Shown: positions 9,983 through 18,866, numbered from the stretch's first letter. The stretch is DNA of 54,026 bases from Polyangiales bacterium (GCA_041389825.1 JAWKRC010000007.1:253093-307118); one strand, 5' to 3'. Notes: generated from the letters alone by a model not told the origin. Made by a program: numbers and translations.

Positions 9983-11545
9983 ATGTCAGCCTCGGCAGAC
10001 ACCCACGCCCACGAGCGCCCCTCGGGCGGGTTCGCCCTCGCGGCGTACTACTTCAACTCGCTCCCGCCCACGCGCTTCCTCCTCGTCGCGGTGCCCGTAA
10101 CCGCGGTGCTGGTGAAGGTGCACGCGTCGCCCGTCGCGCTCTTCATCGCCAGCGCGCTCGCGGTGCTCTCGCTGGTCACGGCCATCGGCAAGGCCACCGA
10201 GGAGGTCTCGCTCTACACCAACCCCACCATCGGCGGCCTGCTCAACGCGACCTTCGGCAACGTCACCGAGCTCATCATCGCGATCTTCGCGCTGCGCCAG
10301 GGCCTGCACGAGCTCGTGAAGGCGAGCCTCGTCGGCTCGATCCTCGGCAACCTTCTCTTCCTCCTGGGCGCGGCGATGATCGCGGGCGGCGCGAAGTACC
10401 CGACGCAGACCTTCTCGCGCACGGGGTCGAGCACCTCGGTCGCGATGCTCGCGCTCGCGCTCATCGCCATCGTGATCCCCGCGGTGGCCGCGCACGGCTC
10501 GCTCCTCGACCCGGCCCTCGCCGCGAGGCCCGAGCTCGGGCCGAAGATCCTCCACCACTCCTCGGTGGGCATCTCGATCATCCTGCTCGCGGTCTACGCG
10601 CTGTCGCTCCTGTTCTCGCTGAAGACGCACCGCGCGATCCTCTCGGCCGACCCGCACGACATCGAGGAGCACCCCGAGTGGAGCCTGCGCTTCGCCATCG
10701 TCGCCCTCCTCGCCGTCACCGTGTGCGTCGGGTGGATCAGCGACGTCTTCGTCGAGGCCATCGAGGCGCTGCTCCGGGAGCACCCGATCTTCACGCACTC
10801 GTTCATGGGCGTGATCGTGGTGGCCCTGGTGGGCAACGCCGCCGAGGGCAGCGTGGCGATCTGGGTCGCGCGCGAGAACAAGATGGAGCTGTCGTTCCAG
10901 GTGGCGATGGGGTCGTGCATCCAGGTGGCGCTCTTCGTGGCGCCGATGCTGGTGCTGATGTCTCAGTTCGTGGGCCCTCACCCGATGAACCTCGACTTCA
11001 ACATCGTCGAGACCGTGGCGATGTGGGCGAGCGTTCTGATCGCGTCGCTCGCGCTGCAAGACGGCGAGAGCAACTGGTTCGAGGGCGTGATGTTCGTCGC
11101 GGTCTACGTGATGTTCGCGCTGGTGTTCTTCTTCCACCCGTCGCCGCGCGGCCGGCGAGGGCGCAACCGACCGCGTTGGCGTGCCCGCACCAACGGTGCG
11201 GACGACGGCAGCGGCGTGCCCGCACCGACGGTGCGGACGACGGCAGCGGCGTGCCCGCACCGACGGTGCAGACGACGGGGGTCGCGTGAGTGGTTGGCCT
11301 CACCCCGCGCCCCTCTCCCGCGTGCGGGAAGGGGAGCTGGCTTCACCGAAAACTGCCACGCCCCTTCTGGAAAAGGTGGCGTTGGGGAGAACTGCGATGC
11401 AGTGCCCTCGGCCTGCGAGTTCACCTCGCCGACGTGGTCGGGGATCTCCTCCGCAGGTCACGACGCACGCCTGCCCAACGCGGAAGGTCAGGGCAGTTTT
11501 CGGTGCACTTCGCTCCCTCTCCCGCACGCGGGAGAAAGCGGGTGA
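9983..11545 (+). CDS. Ca2+/H+ antiporter (CaCA/ChaA family); the annotated 3' end reads through tandem repeats into a MITE-like element
   Basis: Paired GNVTELIIAI and GNAAEGSVAI alpha-repeat motifs, 10-11 TM helices. The native protein probably ends soon after VFFFHPS (about 11150). There is no stop until 11545, inside the inverted-repeat element. Confidence 0.75.
   Translation: MSASADTHAHERPSGGFALAAYYFNSLPPTRFLLVAVPVTAVLVKVHASPVALFIASALAVLSLVTAIGKATEEVSLYTNPTIGGLLNATFGNVTELIIAIFALRQGLHELVKASLVGSILGNLLFLLGAAMIAGGAKYPTQTFSRTGSSTSVAMLALALIAIVIPAVAAHGSLLDPALAARPELGPKILHHSSVGISIILLAVYALSLLFSLKTHRAILSADPHDIEEHPEWSLRFAIVALLAVTVCVGWISDVFVEAIEALLREHPIFTHSFMGVIVVALVGNAAEGSVAIWVARENKMELSFQVAMGSCIQVALFVAPMLVLMSQFVGPHPMNLDFNIVETVAMWASVLIASLALQDGESNWFEGVMFVAVYVMFALVFFFHPSPRGRRGRNRPRWRARTNGADDGSGVPAPTVRTTAAACPHRRCRRRGSREWLASPRAPLPRAGRGAGFTENCHAPSGKGGVGENCDAVPSACEFTSPTWSGISSAGHDARLPNAEGQGSFRCTSLPLPHAGESG
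11181..11283. repeat. 35-bp direct tandem repeat, about 2.7 copies (tgcccgcaccgacggtgcggacgacggcagcggcg)
   Basis: Seen directly in the sequence. It lies between the last TM helix of the antiporter and the MITE-like element. Confidence 0.7.
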
Positions 11546-11553
11546 GGCCAACC
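11292..11553. mobile_element. MITE-like element, copy 1 (about 262 bp, terminal inverted repeats ggttggcctcacccc / ggggtgaggccaacc, subterminal hairpins ccctctcccgcgtgcgggagaggg)
   Basis: The ends are inverted repeats. It shares about 75-85% identity in blocks (gccctcggcc..gagttca; cacgacg.acgcc.tcccaacgcggaaggtcagggcagttttcggtg) with the second copy at 17119-17381. It has no coding capacity. Confidence 0.6.
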
Positions 11554-11698
11554 GCCCGCTCGCGACCACCAACCGCCCGGGGATGAGGACCAACCGCGCA
11601 CCGCTCGCTCTTGACCGCCATGCGACCGGGGGTGCGGGCCGCGCCCTCTCGCACTCACTGCGCGACCGCGGCTGCGCTCCACCGCCCCACGCCTCTCA

Positions 11699-14407
11699 TC
11701 ACCCCGTCGTGCACAGGCCGCTCGCGATGGCGTTCACCGACAGGAGCACGGTGGGCGTCATCGCCTCGGCCGCGGCCTCGTCGCCCGCCTCGCGCAGCGC
11801 CCGCCACTCGCGCAGCGCGCTCACCTGGAACGCGTGCAGCCGGCGCAGCCCCGCGTCGCGGGCTTGCAGCGTGCGCCACATCCGCGGTCGCCGCGCCTGA
11901 AGCGACGAGCCGAAGAGCGCGTCGAGGGCCTCGCGGGTGCGCGTGAGCTCGTCGCGGCACAGCCACGAGAAGCGCTCGCGCACGGCCTCGTCGGGGACGA
12001 GCGAGGCGTAGAGGTCCATGAGCTCGGGGTCGGCCGAGGCGAGGCAGGCCTCGACGTTGGTGAGCACGTACCGCAGGAAGGGCCACGACCGCGCGCCGTC
12101 GGCGAGCGCGCTGAAGGCCTTGGCGTCGCGGCGCGAGAGCGCGTCGAGGGCCGCGCCCACGCCGTACCAGCCGGGCAGGTAGTGACGGGCCTGGTTCCAC
12201 GAGAAGACCCAGGGGATCGCGCGGAGGTCTTCGAGCGTGCGCTTGCCGCGCCGCCGCGCGGGGCGCGAACCGATGTTGGATTTCTCCAGCGCGTCGATGG
12301 GCGTCGCCCACGAGTAGTAGTCGATGAAGCCCTCGGCCTCGACCAGCGCGCGGTACGCGCGACGTCCCTCGGCGGCGAGCTCGGCGACCACCGGGTCGAG
12401 CGGGTGGCGCGGGTCGCCGTCGCGGCGGTGGCGCGCGGTCGCGGCCGCGGTGCCCGCGAGGAGGAGCTCGAGGTTGTACGCAGCCGTCAGCGGGTTGGCG
12501 TACTTCTGCGCGATCACCTCGCCCTGCTCGGTCACGCGCAGCGCTCCCTGCACCGTGCCCGGCGGCAGCGCCTCGAGGAAGCGGTGCGTCGGCCCCGCCC
12601 CGCGGCTCACCGTGCCCCCTCGCCCGTGGAAGAAGCGCAAGCGCGCGCCCCGCGACCGCGCCGCGTCGGTGAGCGCGACCTGGGCCTCGCGCAATCCCCA
12701 CTGGCTCGCGAGGATGCCGCCGTCCTTGCACGAGTCGCTGTAGCCCACCATCACCTGCTGCACGCCGCCGCGCGCCGCGAGGCTCCGCCGCGTGATCGGG
12801 TGATCGAGGAAGGCCCCCAGCACCTCGGGCCCCGCCGCGAGGTCATCCACGGTCTCGAAGAGCGGCACCACCTCGAGGTCGCACACGAGCCCCTCGGGCG
12901 TGCTGCGCGCGAGCCCCACCTCACGCGCGAGAACGTACACCGCGAGGAGGTCCGACGCGCCGCGGGTCATGCTCACGATGAGCGCGCCGAGCCCGCCGAC
13001 GCCGTGCGCGTCGCGGTGCGCCGCGAGCACCCGGAAGCACTCGAGCGTCGCCCTCGCCTCGTCGTTGAGCGCCGCCCCCGGGAGCACCAGCGGGCGCGTG
13101 CGTCGCAGCTCCTCCTCCAACAGCGCGCGCCGACGGTCTTCGGGCCACGCCGCGAAGCCCTCGGCCTCGACGCCCGCCGCGGCGAGCATCGACGCCAGGG
13201 CCTTGTCGTGAAAGCCGCTGTTCTGCCGCACGTCGAGCGCGGCGAGGTGAAAGCCGAAGACCTCCGCGGCGCGGTCGACCGGGTCGAGGTCGCCCTCGGC
13301 GACGCGGGTCGCGCCCACCGCGATCAGCGACGCTCGCAAGAGCGCGAGGTCTCGACGGAGCTCGTCGGGTCGCGCGTAGCGAGCGCCCTCGGGCGCCGCG
13401 CCTCCGGGCAGCCGCTCACGCATCAACCGCGCGAACTGCCGCCACGGCTCGTCGGTGTCGCGCGAGAGCACCTCGTGACCGACGGCCCCGCACGCCTCGG
13501 CCGCCTCGGCGAGCGCGCGGGAGAGCGCGTCGGTGGGCCGCTGCACCAGCGACGAGAGGCTCAGCCCCTGCGCGAGCGCGTCGAGGTTCTCGCGGTGCAG
13601 GCTCACCGCCGCGTCGCGGAGCTCACGGAGCGCGTCGCGCGTGGTGTCGGCGGTGACGAGGGGGTGTCCGTCGCGGTCTCCGCCCACCCACGAGCCGAAG
13701 CGCAAGGTCGGGAGCGCGCCGCGGTGCAGCGCGTTCGGGTCGAAGCCCACCTCGCGCCACGCGTCACGCAGCCTTCGCTCCACCGGGGGCAGCACCCGCG
13801 GGAACACGTCGCGCAGGTAGTGCAGCGCGCCCTTGCGCTCGGCGGCGACCTCGGGCTTCTGCAAGAGGAACTCCCCGGTGCGCCAGAGGCGTTCGAGGGC
13901 GAGCTTGATCTCCTCGCGGATCGCGGCCTGCTCGCGCGGCGTGAACATCCGGTTCTCGCGGCGCACGAGGAGGAGGTACAGCGCGCGGTGCTGCTCGATC
14001 GCGACGGCGCGGCGGGCCTCGGTGGGGTGCGCGGTGAGCACGGGCTCGACGACGCAGGCGTCGAAGGCGTCGACGACCTCGGCCTCGGAGAAGCCCGCCT
14101 CGCGGAGCTGCCGCAGGTTCTGCCCCCACGATCCGGGCTCACGGAGCGTGCCTTCTGCGGACTCGCGCGCGCGGCGGGCCTGCGTCGCGGCGTTCTCCTC
14201 GACCATGTTCAAGAGGTGGAACGCGAGCGTGCGCACGTGCACCTCGCGCTCGGTCACGCGCTCCGGCGGAGGCGCGTCGGGGTCGAGGCTGCGCGCGCCG
14301 TCGACCTCTCCCACCTCTTCGAGCACCTCACGCAGACACGCGAGGAGGAAGGCGTGGTCGTCGTCGGACTTGTCGAGCTCCTCGGCGGGCGTGGCGGCGT
14401 CGTTCAT
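11699..14407 (-). CDS. ppc: Phosphoenolpyruvate carboxylase
   Basis: VMVGYSDSCKDGG (PEPC signature 2) and the C-terminal ...NAIASGLCTTG (canonical PEPC C-terminus), about 900 aa. ATG at codon 8 of ORF 11699..14428. Confidence 0.9.
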   Translation of the reverse strand: MNDAATPAEELDKSDDDHAFLLACLREVLEEVGEVDGARSLDPDAPPPERVTEREVHVRTLAFHLLNMVEENAATQARRARESAEGTLREPGSWGQNLRQLREAGFSEAEVVDAFDACVVEPVLTAHPTEARRAVAIEQHRALYLLLVRRENRMFTPREQAAIREEIKLALERLWRTGEFLLQKPEVAAERKGALHYLRDVFPRVLPPVERRLRDAWREVGFDPNALHRGALPTLRFGSWVGGDRDGHPLVTADTTRDALRELRDAAVSLHRENLDALAQGLSLSSLVQRPTDALSRALAEAAEACGAVGHEVLSRDTDEPWRQFARLMRERLPGGAAPEGARYARPDELRRDLALLRASLIAVGATRVAEGDLDPVDRAAEVFGFHLAALDVRQNSGFHDKALASMLAAAGVEAEGFAAWPEDRRRALLEEELRRTRPLVLPGAALNDEARATLECFRVLAAHRDAHGVGGLGALIVSMTRGASDLLAVYVLAREVGLARSTPEGLVCDLEVVPLFETVDDLAAGPEVLGAFLDHPITRRSLAARGGVQQVMVGYSDSCKDGGILASQWGLREAQVALTDAARSRGARLRFFHGRGGTVSRGAGPTHRFLEALPPGTVQGALRVTEQGEVIAQKYANPLTAAYNLELLLAGTAAATARHRRDGDPRHPLDPVVAELAAEGRRAYRALVEAEGFIDYYSWATPIDALEKSNIGSRPARRRGKRTLEDLRAIPWVFSWNQARHYLPGWYGVGAALDALSRRDAKAFSALADGARSWPFLRYVLTNVEACLASADPELMDLYASLVPDEAVRERFSWLCRDELTRTREALDALFGSSLQARRPRMWRTLQARDAGLRRLHAFQVSALREWRALREAGDEAAAEAMTPTVLLSVNAIASGLCTTG

Positions 14408-14467
14408 GGCGGCAACCTGTGTAGGCACGATGCCGACGCGCCGCGAGTGTCATCGCGAAGAAATGGA

Positions 14468-14626
14468 GTTCGACCTCAGTTCGGGTGGGGTCAACCCCAG
14501 CTCGGGTGGGGTCAACCTCAGTTCAGGTGAGGTCGACCTCAGCTCGGGTGAGGTCAACCTCAGCTCGGGTGAGGTCAACCTCAGCTCGGGTGGGGTTGAC
14601 CTCAGCTCGGGTGCGGTTGGCCTCCA
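14468..14626. repeat. 21-bp tandem repeat array, about 7.5 copies (consensus tcaacctcagctcgggtgagg)
   Basis: Directly visible in the sequence. It sits in the divergent intergenic region between the ppc start (14407, minus) and the lipoprotein gene start (14708, plus). It is not interrupted by spacers. Confidence 0.8.
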
Positions 14627-14707
14627 TCGCGGTGGTCACGACGCTCACGTCTGCGGTCACTGTGGCCCCACTTGCGAGCCGCGGAGCCGCTGTCGCAAGG
14701 TGCCCCC

Positions 14708-15657
14708 ATGCTCCGCCGCGCACGCTCCGCGACCGTCGTCTTCGCACTCGCCCTCGCCGCGTCGTCGGGGTGCAGCCGCGAGCGGAGCCCGTCGCGCCCC
14801 GCGATGAGCCCGGTGCTCGCCGCGTCCCCTGCCCTCGATCGGCGCGCCGCGAACGAGGAGCTCGTCGACCTCGCCGCCGATGGGCGCGCGCTCGTCGCGC
14901 GTGAGCTCCCCGCGCCGGAGAACAGCGACGCCGACCGGGTGATCGCCGCGCGCGTGCTCCCGCCCGACGCGCAAGGAGAGGTGACCGCGCTCGGAGACGT
15001 GCTCGACGCGCGCTTCATCCCGAGCACCCGCGCGCTACTCGTCATCACCCGCGACCACCACCTCGAACGACGCGACGGGACCACGCGCACCGCGATCGAC
15101 GAGCACGTCTTCGGCCCGCTCTCCCTCGACGCCGTCGGCCGCTACGCGGTCTACACCCGCGGAGAGGTGCCCGACCTCGCGCTGGCGCGCGTCGACCTCA
15201 CGACGAACCGCGCCGAAGCCGTCGCGCCGACGCTCGTCCCCGCGTGGAGCCCGGCGATCTCTCCCGACGGCGCCGAGGTGGTGGTGGTCGCGAGCATCGA
15301 GGAACGCCCGCGCTCTACCGCGTGCGTCCCGGTGAAGCGCCGCGCCGCTGGGAGACGCCTCCCGACGCCGTGCTCCCCGGCGGAGGCCCCACCGCGCCCG
15401 TGGTCTTCGGCGACACGCTGGTCTTCGAAGACGCCGCGGGCCTGCGCACGCTGGTGATCGACGGCCCCGCGCGCGGCCGAGCGACGTCGATCCCCGGCGC
15501 GTTCCGCCCCGTGGCGCGTCCCAACGGGCGTGGCTTCGTCGCGCAGCGTCGTGACCTCGCGAGCGCGCCCGCGGCCGACCCGACCCAACCCGGGATGGCC
15601 GGCGTCGGAGGCGTGGTCACGTTGCGCCTCGTCGCTCCGGCCGAGGTGACGCGGTGA
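14708..15657 (+). CDS. TolB-like beta-propeller lipoprotein, apparent frameshift near 15300-15315
   Basis: ATG at 14708 gives MLRRARSATVVFALALAASSGC (signal peptide plus lipobox). The propeller-like repeats (YAVYTRGEVPDLALARVDL...WSPAISPDGAEVVVVASIEE) continue in the frame of ORF 15244..15657 (PALYRVRPGEAPRRWE...VVFGDTLVFEDAAGLRTLVIDG) after a 1-nt shift. Confidence 0.5.
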
Positions 15658-17036
15658 CGACGCGGCGCTCGCTCACCATCGCGCTCGCGGCGCTGAGCTT
15701 CGGCGCCCTCGCGACGGGGCAGGTGCGTCACCGACGTCCGCTCTCGCCCGCGCCCGACATCCGCTACGGCTTCGACAACACCTCGGGATCGGGCTGCCGC
15801 GACTACAATTGCGGCTCGCGCTGCTACGACGGCCACCGTGGGACGGACTTCCCGGTCGGGATCGGGACCGCGGTGCTCGCGTCGGCGAACGGCACGGTGG
15901 TCGCGACGAACAACGGCTGCCCGAACTACGGCGGCCTCGGCTCCACCTGCGGCGGTCGCTGCGGCAACTACGTGCAGATCCAACACTCCGACGGGACGCG
16001 TACGCTCTTCTGCCACATGCAGCTCAACTCCATCTCGGTGCGCCGCGGTCAGCGCGTCACCTGCGGGCAACAGCTCGGTCGCTCGGCCTCGTCGGGCAAC
16101 TCCTCGGGCCCGCACCTGCACCTCTCGTGGCAGCGGAGCGGCGTGTCGTACGACGCCTTCCGCGGGCGATGCACCAGCGCGCCCGGCATCTGGACCTCGC
16201 AGGGCTCCTACCCCCACAGCCCCGGCGCGACCTGCGCGTGCGTGCCGAGCGCGGAGACCTGCAACAACCGCGACGACGACTGCGACGGGCGCGTCGACGA
16301 CAACCTCTCGCGCGGGTGCTACACGGGCGCCGCGAGCACGCGCAACCGAGGCGTGTGCCGCGACGGGCGGCAGACCTGCGGCGCGGGTCGCTGGGGCGCG
16401 TGCGCGGGGCAGACGCTCCCGAGCGCGGAGGCGTGCAACAACCGCGACGACGACTGCGACGGGCGCGTCGACGAGGGCCTCGCGCGCGAGTGCTACACGG
16501 GCCCCGCGAACACGCAGGGTCGCGGGATCTGCCGCGCGGGGCGACAGACTTGCGGCGCGGGCCGATGGGGCGCGTGCGCGGGGCAGGTCGTTCCGCGCGC
16601 CGAGACCTGCAACGGGATGGACGACGACTGCGACGGACGGGTGGACGAGGGCGTGTGCCCAGCGGACGCCGGGCCTCCGCGCGACGCGGGCGCCGACGTG
16701 CGCGACGCGAGCGGGGACGTCGCCGTCGACTCGGGAGAGGATGACGACGCGGGCTTCGACGACGACGCGGGCTTCGACGATGACGCGAGCGTCGAGGACG
16801 ACGCCGCGGTCGACGACGACGCGAGCGTCGGAGATGACGCCGCGGTGGACGATGACGTGGTGGAGTTCGACGACGTGCCCTTCGAGGACGACGCCGACGT
16901 GTCGCCGGACGACCCGCTCCCGCCGGAGCAGGACGGCTGCGGGTGCCGCGCGGGCGCGCCGCGGACCCCGGGGTGGCTCGGCGTGCTCGGGCTCGGGGCG
17001 CTCGTGGCCCTGGTGCGCCGCCGCCGACGTCGCTGA
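15654..17036 (+). CDS. M23 (LytM-type) metallopeptidase with three tandem Cys-rich (CNNRDDDCDGRVDE) repeats, a poly-acidic linker and a MYXO-CTERM sorting tail
   Basis: Signal peptide, then HRGTDF ... HLHLS zinc motifs of M23 peptidases. Three near-identical 43-aa repeats follow, then a D/A/V-rich acidic region. The C-terminus GCGCRAGAPRTPGWLGVLGLGALVALVRRRRRR is a MYXO-CTERM. Confidence 0.8.
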   Translation: MTTRRSLTIALAALSFGALATGQVRHRRPLSPAPDIRYGFDNTSGSGCRDYNCGSRCYDGHRGTDFPVGIGTAVLASANGTVVATNNGCPNYGGLGSTCGGRCGNYVQIQHSDGTRTLFCHMQLNSISVRRGQRVTCGQQLGRSASSGNSSGPHLHLSWQRSGVSYDAFRGRCTSAPGIWTSQGSYPHSPGATCACVPSAETCNNRDDDCDGRVDDNLSRGCYTGAASTRNRGVCRDGRQTCGAGRWGACAGQTLPSAEACNNRDDDCDGRVDEGLARECYTGPANTQGRGICRAGRQTCGAGRWGACAGQVVPRAETCNGMDDDCDGRVDEGVCPADAGPPRDAGADVRDASGDVAVDSGEDDDAGFDDDAGFDDDASVEDDAAVDDDASVGDDAAVDDDVVEFDDVPFEDDADVSPDDPLPPEQDGCGCRAGAPRTPGWLGVLGLGALVALVRRRRRR

Positions 17037-17118
17037 CAGACGACGTCGACGTCGCGACACGCAGCGCGCGACACGGTGGCCGTGCAGCGTCACGTCGCGT
17101 GTACGTCGATCGCTGCGC

Positions 17119-17381
17119 GGGCCCTCACCCCCAACGCCCCTCTCCCGCGTGCGAGAGAGGAGCTGACTGCACCGAGAACTGCAGCGCCCCTTCTGGGAAG
17201 GATGAGTGAGTGAGCGCTGCGAGGCCGTGCCCTCGGCCAGTGAGTTCAGCGCTCCGCCGTGCGCGGCGACCTCCACCGTAGGCCACGACGTACGCCCTCC
17301 CAACGCGGAAGGTCAGGGCAGTTTTCGGTGAAGACGGCTCCCCTCTCCCGCGTGCGGGAGAGGGGCGTGGGGTGAGGGCCA
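17119..17381. mobile_element. MITE-like element, copy 2 (inverted repeats gggccctcaccccc / ggggtgagggcc; same subterminal hairpin ccctctcccgcgtgcgggagaggg)
   Basis: It is homologous to copy 1. It lies in the convergent intergenic region between the M23 peptidase gene and rplI. Confidence 0.6.
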
Positions 17382-17486
17382 CTGCCCCACGCGCGGACGA
17401 CGGGCTGCGCGCAACCGCCGTGCCCCCTCCCGTGTTCGAGAGGGGCCTCGGGGCTGACGAGGAAGGCGGGGAGAGAGAAGCGCTGG

Positions 17487-17942
17487 TCAGGCCTGGGGGA
17501 CGACGTTGACCTTGAAGGTCGCCGACACCTCGGGGGCCAGCTTGGCCTGGACCTCGTAGGTGCCCGTCGCGCGGATCGTGTCGACCACGAGCTTCTTGCG
17601 GTCGATGGTGTAGTAAGCGTCCTTGAGGGCGGCTTCGATGTCCTTGTGGGTCACCGAGCCGTAGAGCTTGCCCTCGGCGCCGACGGTGCGGGCGATGGTG
17701 AGCTCCACGGAGCCGAGCTTGGTGGCGAGGTCGCCGGCCTCGGCGCGGATGCGCGCGGCCTTCTCGGCGGCGACGCGCTTCTCGTGCTCGAAGCGGGCGA
17801 CGTTGCCCTCGCTCGCCGGGAGGGCGAAGCCCTGCGGGAGGAGGTAGTTGCGCGCGTAGCCCGCGGCGACCTTCACGACCTCGCCGCCCTTGCCGAGCTT
17901 GGCGACGTCGCGCTGCAGGATGATGTGAATGGCCTTGCCCAT
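17487..17942 (-). CDS. rplI: 50S ribosomal protein L9
   Basis: MGKAIHIILQRDVAKLGKGGEVVKVAAGYARNYLLPQG is a typical L9 N-domain. 151 aa. Confidence 0.9.
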   Translation of the reverse strand: MGKAIHIILQRDVAKLGKGGEVVKVAAGYARNYLLPQGFALPASEGNVARFEHEKRVAAEKAARIRAEAGDLATKLGSVELTIARTVGAEGKLYGSVTHKDIEAALKDAYYTIDRKKLVVDTIRATGTYEVQAKLAPEVSATFKVNVVPQA

Positions 17943-17952
17943 GGTCGTTACC

Positions 17953-18273
17953 TCACTGCGCCGTGGTGAACGGCAAGAGGGCGATCATGCGCGCCCGCTT
18001 GATGGAACCGGTCATCAGCCGCTGGTGACGGGCACAGTTGCCCGAGATGCGGCGCGGCACGACCTTGCCCCGCTCCGTGAGGAAGTACCGGAGGGTGTTC
18101 AGGTCCTTGTAGTCGATGCTCTCAGCGTGCTCGACGCAGAACTTGCAGACCTTCTTGCGCCCGCCGCGGCGGCGGAGCTGGAGGTTCTCCTGCGCGATCT
18201 CGGCGGCGCCGCCGGCGTTGATGCCGTAGCCGCCCTTGTCGTCGAGGTCGTAGCTGCTCGGAAAGCGTGCCAT
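17953..18273 (-). CDS. rpsR: 30S ribosomal protein S18
   Basis: [59 protein letters not shown] matches the S18 family. Confidence 0.9.
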   Translation of the reverse strand: MARFPSSYDLDDKGGYGINAGGAAEIAQENLQLRRRGGRKKVCKFCVEHAESIDYKDLNTLRYFLTERGKVVPRRISGNCARHQRLMTGSIKRARMIALLPFTTAQ

Positions 18274-18287
18274 CTCTCAGTGCTCCT

Positions 18288-18866
18288 TCACGCCTCGCCC
18301 GGGGGCGCCTTCTCGTTGTCGTCACCCGAGGTCTCGTCGGAGCCCTCGCCCTCGGCCTCGGCCGCGCGGTCACGGTCGCGGTCGCGGTCGCGGTCGCGGT
18401 CGCGGTCACGGAAGCGCTCGCCGCGGTCGTCGGACAGACCCAGCGAGGCCTCGTAGCTCTCCTCGCGGTCGTCGTCCTCGGAGCTGACCTCGATGCGGCG
18501 CACCTTGATCTCCTCGGGGTCGACCTCGATGCCCGAGATGTCGACGTCCCTGGCGACCTGCACCGTCATGTGACGGATCACCGGGTCGAGCATGCGCAGG
18601 TTGCGCTCGAGCTCCGCCACGGTGCCCCGGAAGCCCAGGTACCGGACGTACACGTACACGCCCTTGCGCTGCTTGGCGATCGGGTACGCCAGGCGCCGAC
18701 GGCCCCAGCTCTCGATCTTCGTGAGCTTGCCGCTGGTGCCCTCGATGGCGCCCACCGCGCGGGAGATCACCTTCTCAGAGCCCTCGGCGTCGATGTCGGG
18801 CCGAAGGATGAAGATGGTCTCGTAGTCCGTGGCCCTCTTCGGGTCGATCTTGATGTCTGCAGTCAC
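18288..18866 (-). CDS. rpsF: 30S ribosomal protein S6 with extended acidic/(RD)n C-terminal tail
   Basis: YETIFILRPDIDAEG...WGRRRLAYPI is an S6 core. The 192-aa ORF ends in RDRDRDRDRDRDR plus an acidic tail. Confidence 0.9.
   Translation of the reverse strand: MTADIKIDPKRATDYETIFILRPDIDAEGSEKVISRAVGAIEGTSGKLTKIESWGRRRLAYPIAKQRKGVYVYVRYLGFRGTVAELERNLRMLDPVIRHMTVQVARDVDISGIEVDPEEIKVRRIEVSSEDDDREESYEASLGLSDDRGERFRDRDRDRDRDRDRDRAAEAEGEGSDETSGDDNEKAPPGEA
18361..18413. repeat. Hexanucleotide microsatellite (gcggtc/gaccgc) x about 7 inside rpsF, encoding (RD)n
   Basis: gcggtcacggtcgcggtcgcggtcgcggtcgcggtcgcggtcacgg on the plus strand. Confidence 0.8.

Noticed and set aside
14468-14626. Possible CRISPR array
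   Set aside because: The repeats are directly adjacent with no unique spacers. The unit is 21 bp and the copies diverge gradually, which is a tandem satellite and not CRISPR.
13833-14807. ORF encoding perfect SSGEVNL heptad repeats
   Set aside because: It is the translation of the intergenic 21-bp tandem array and its flanks, which are antisense to ppc. It has no start context and its composition is otherwise Ser/Arg-rich junk.
17382-17486. tRNA or other small RNA in the intergenic gaps (also 40349-40547 and 51099-51400)
   Set aside because: No cloverleaf-compatible segment with a T-loop GTTCRANYC consensus was found by eye. It cannot be excluded without tRNAscan or Infernal.
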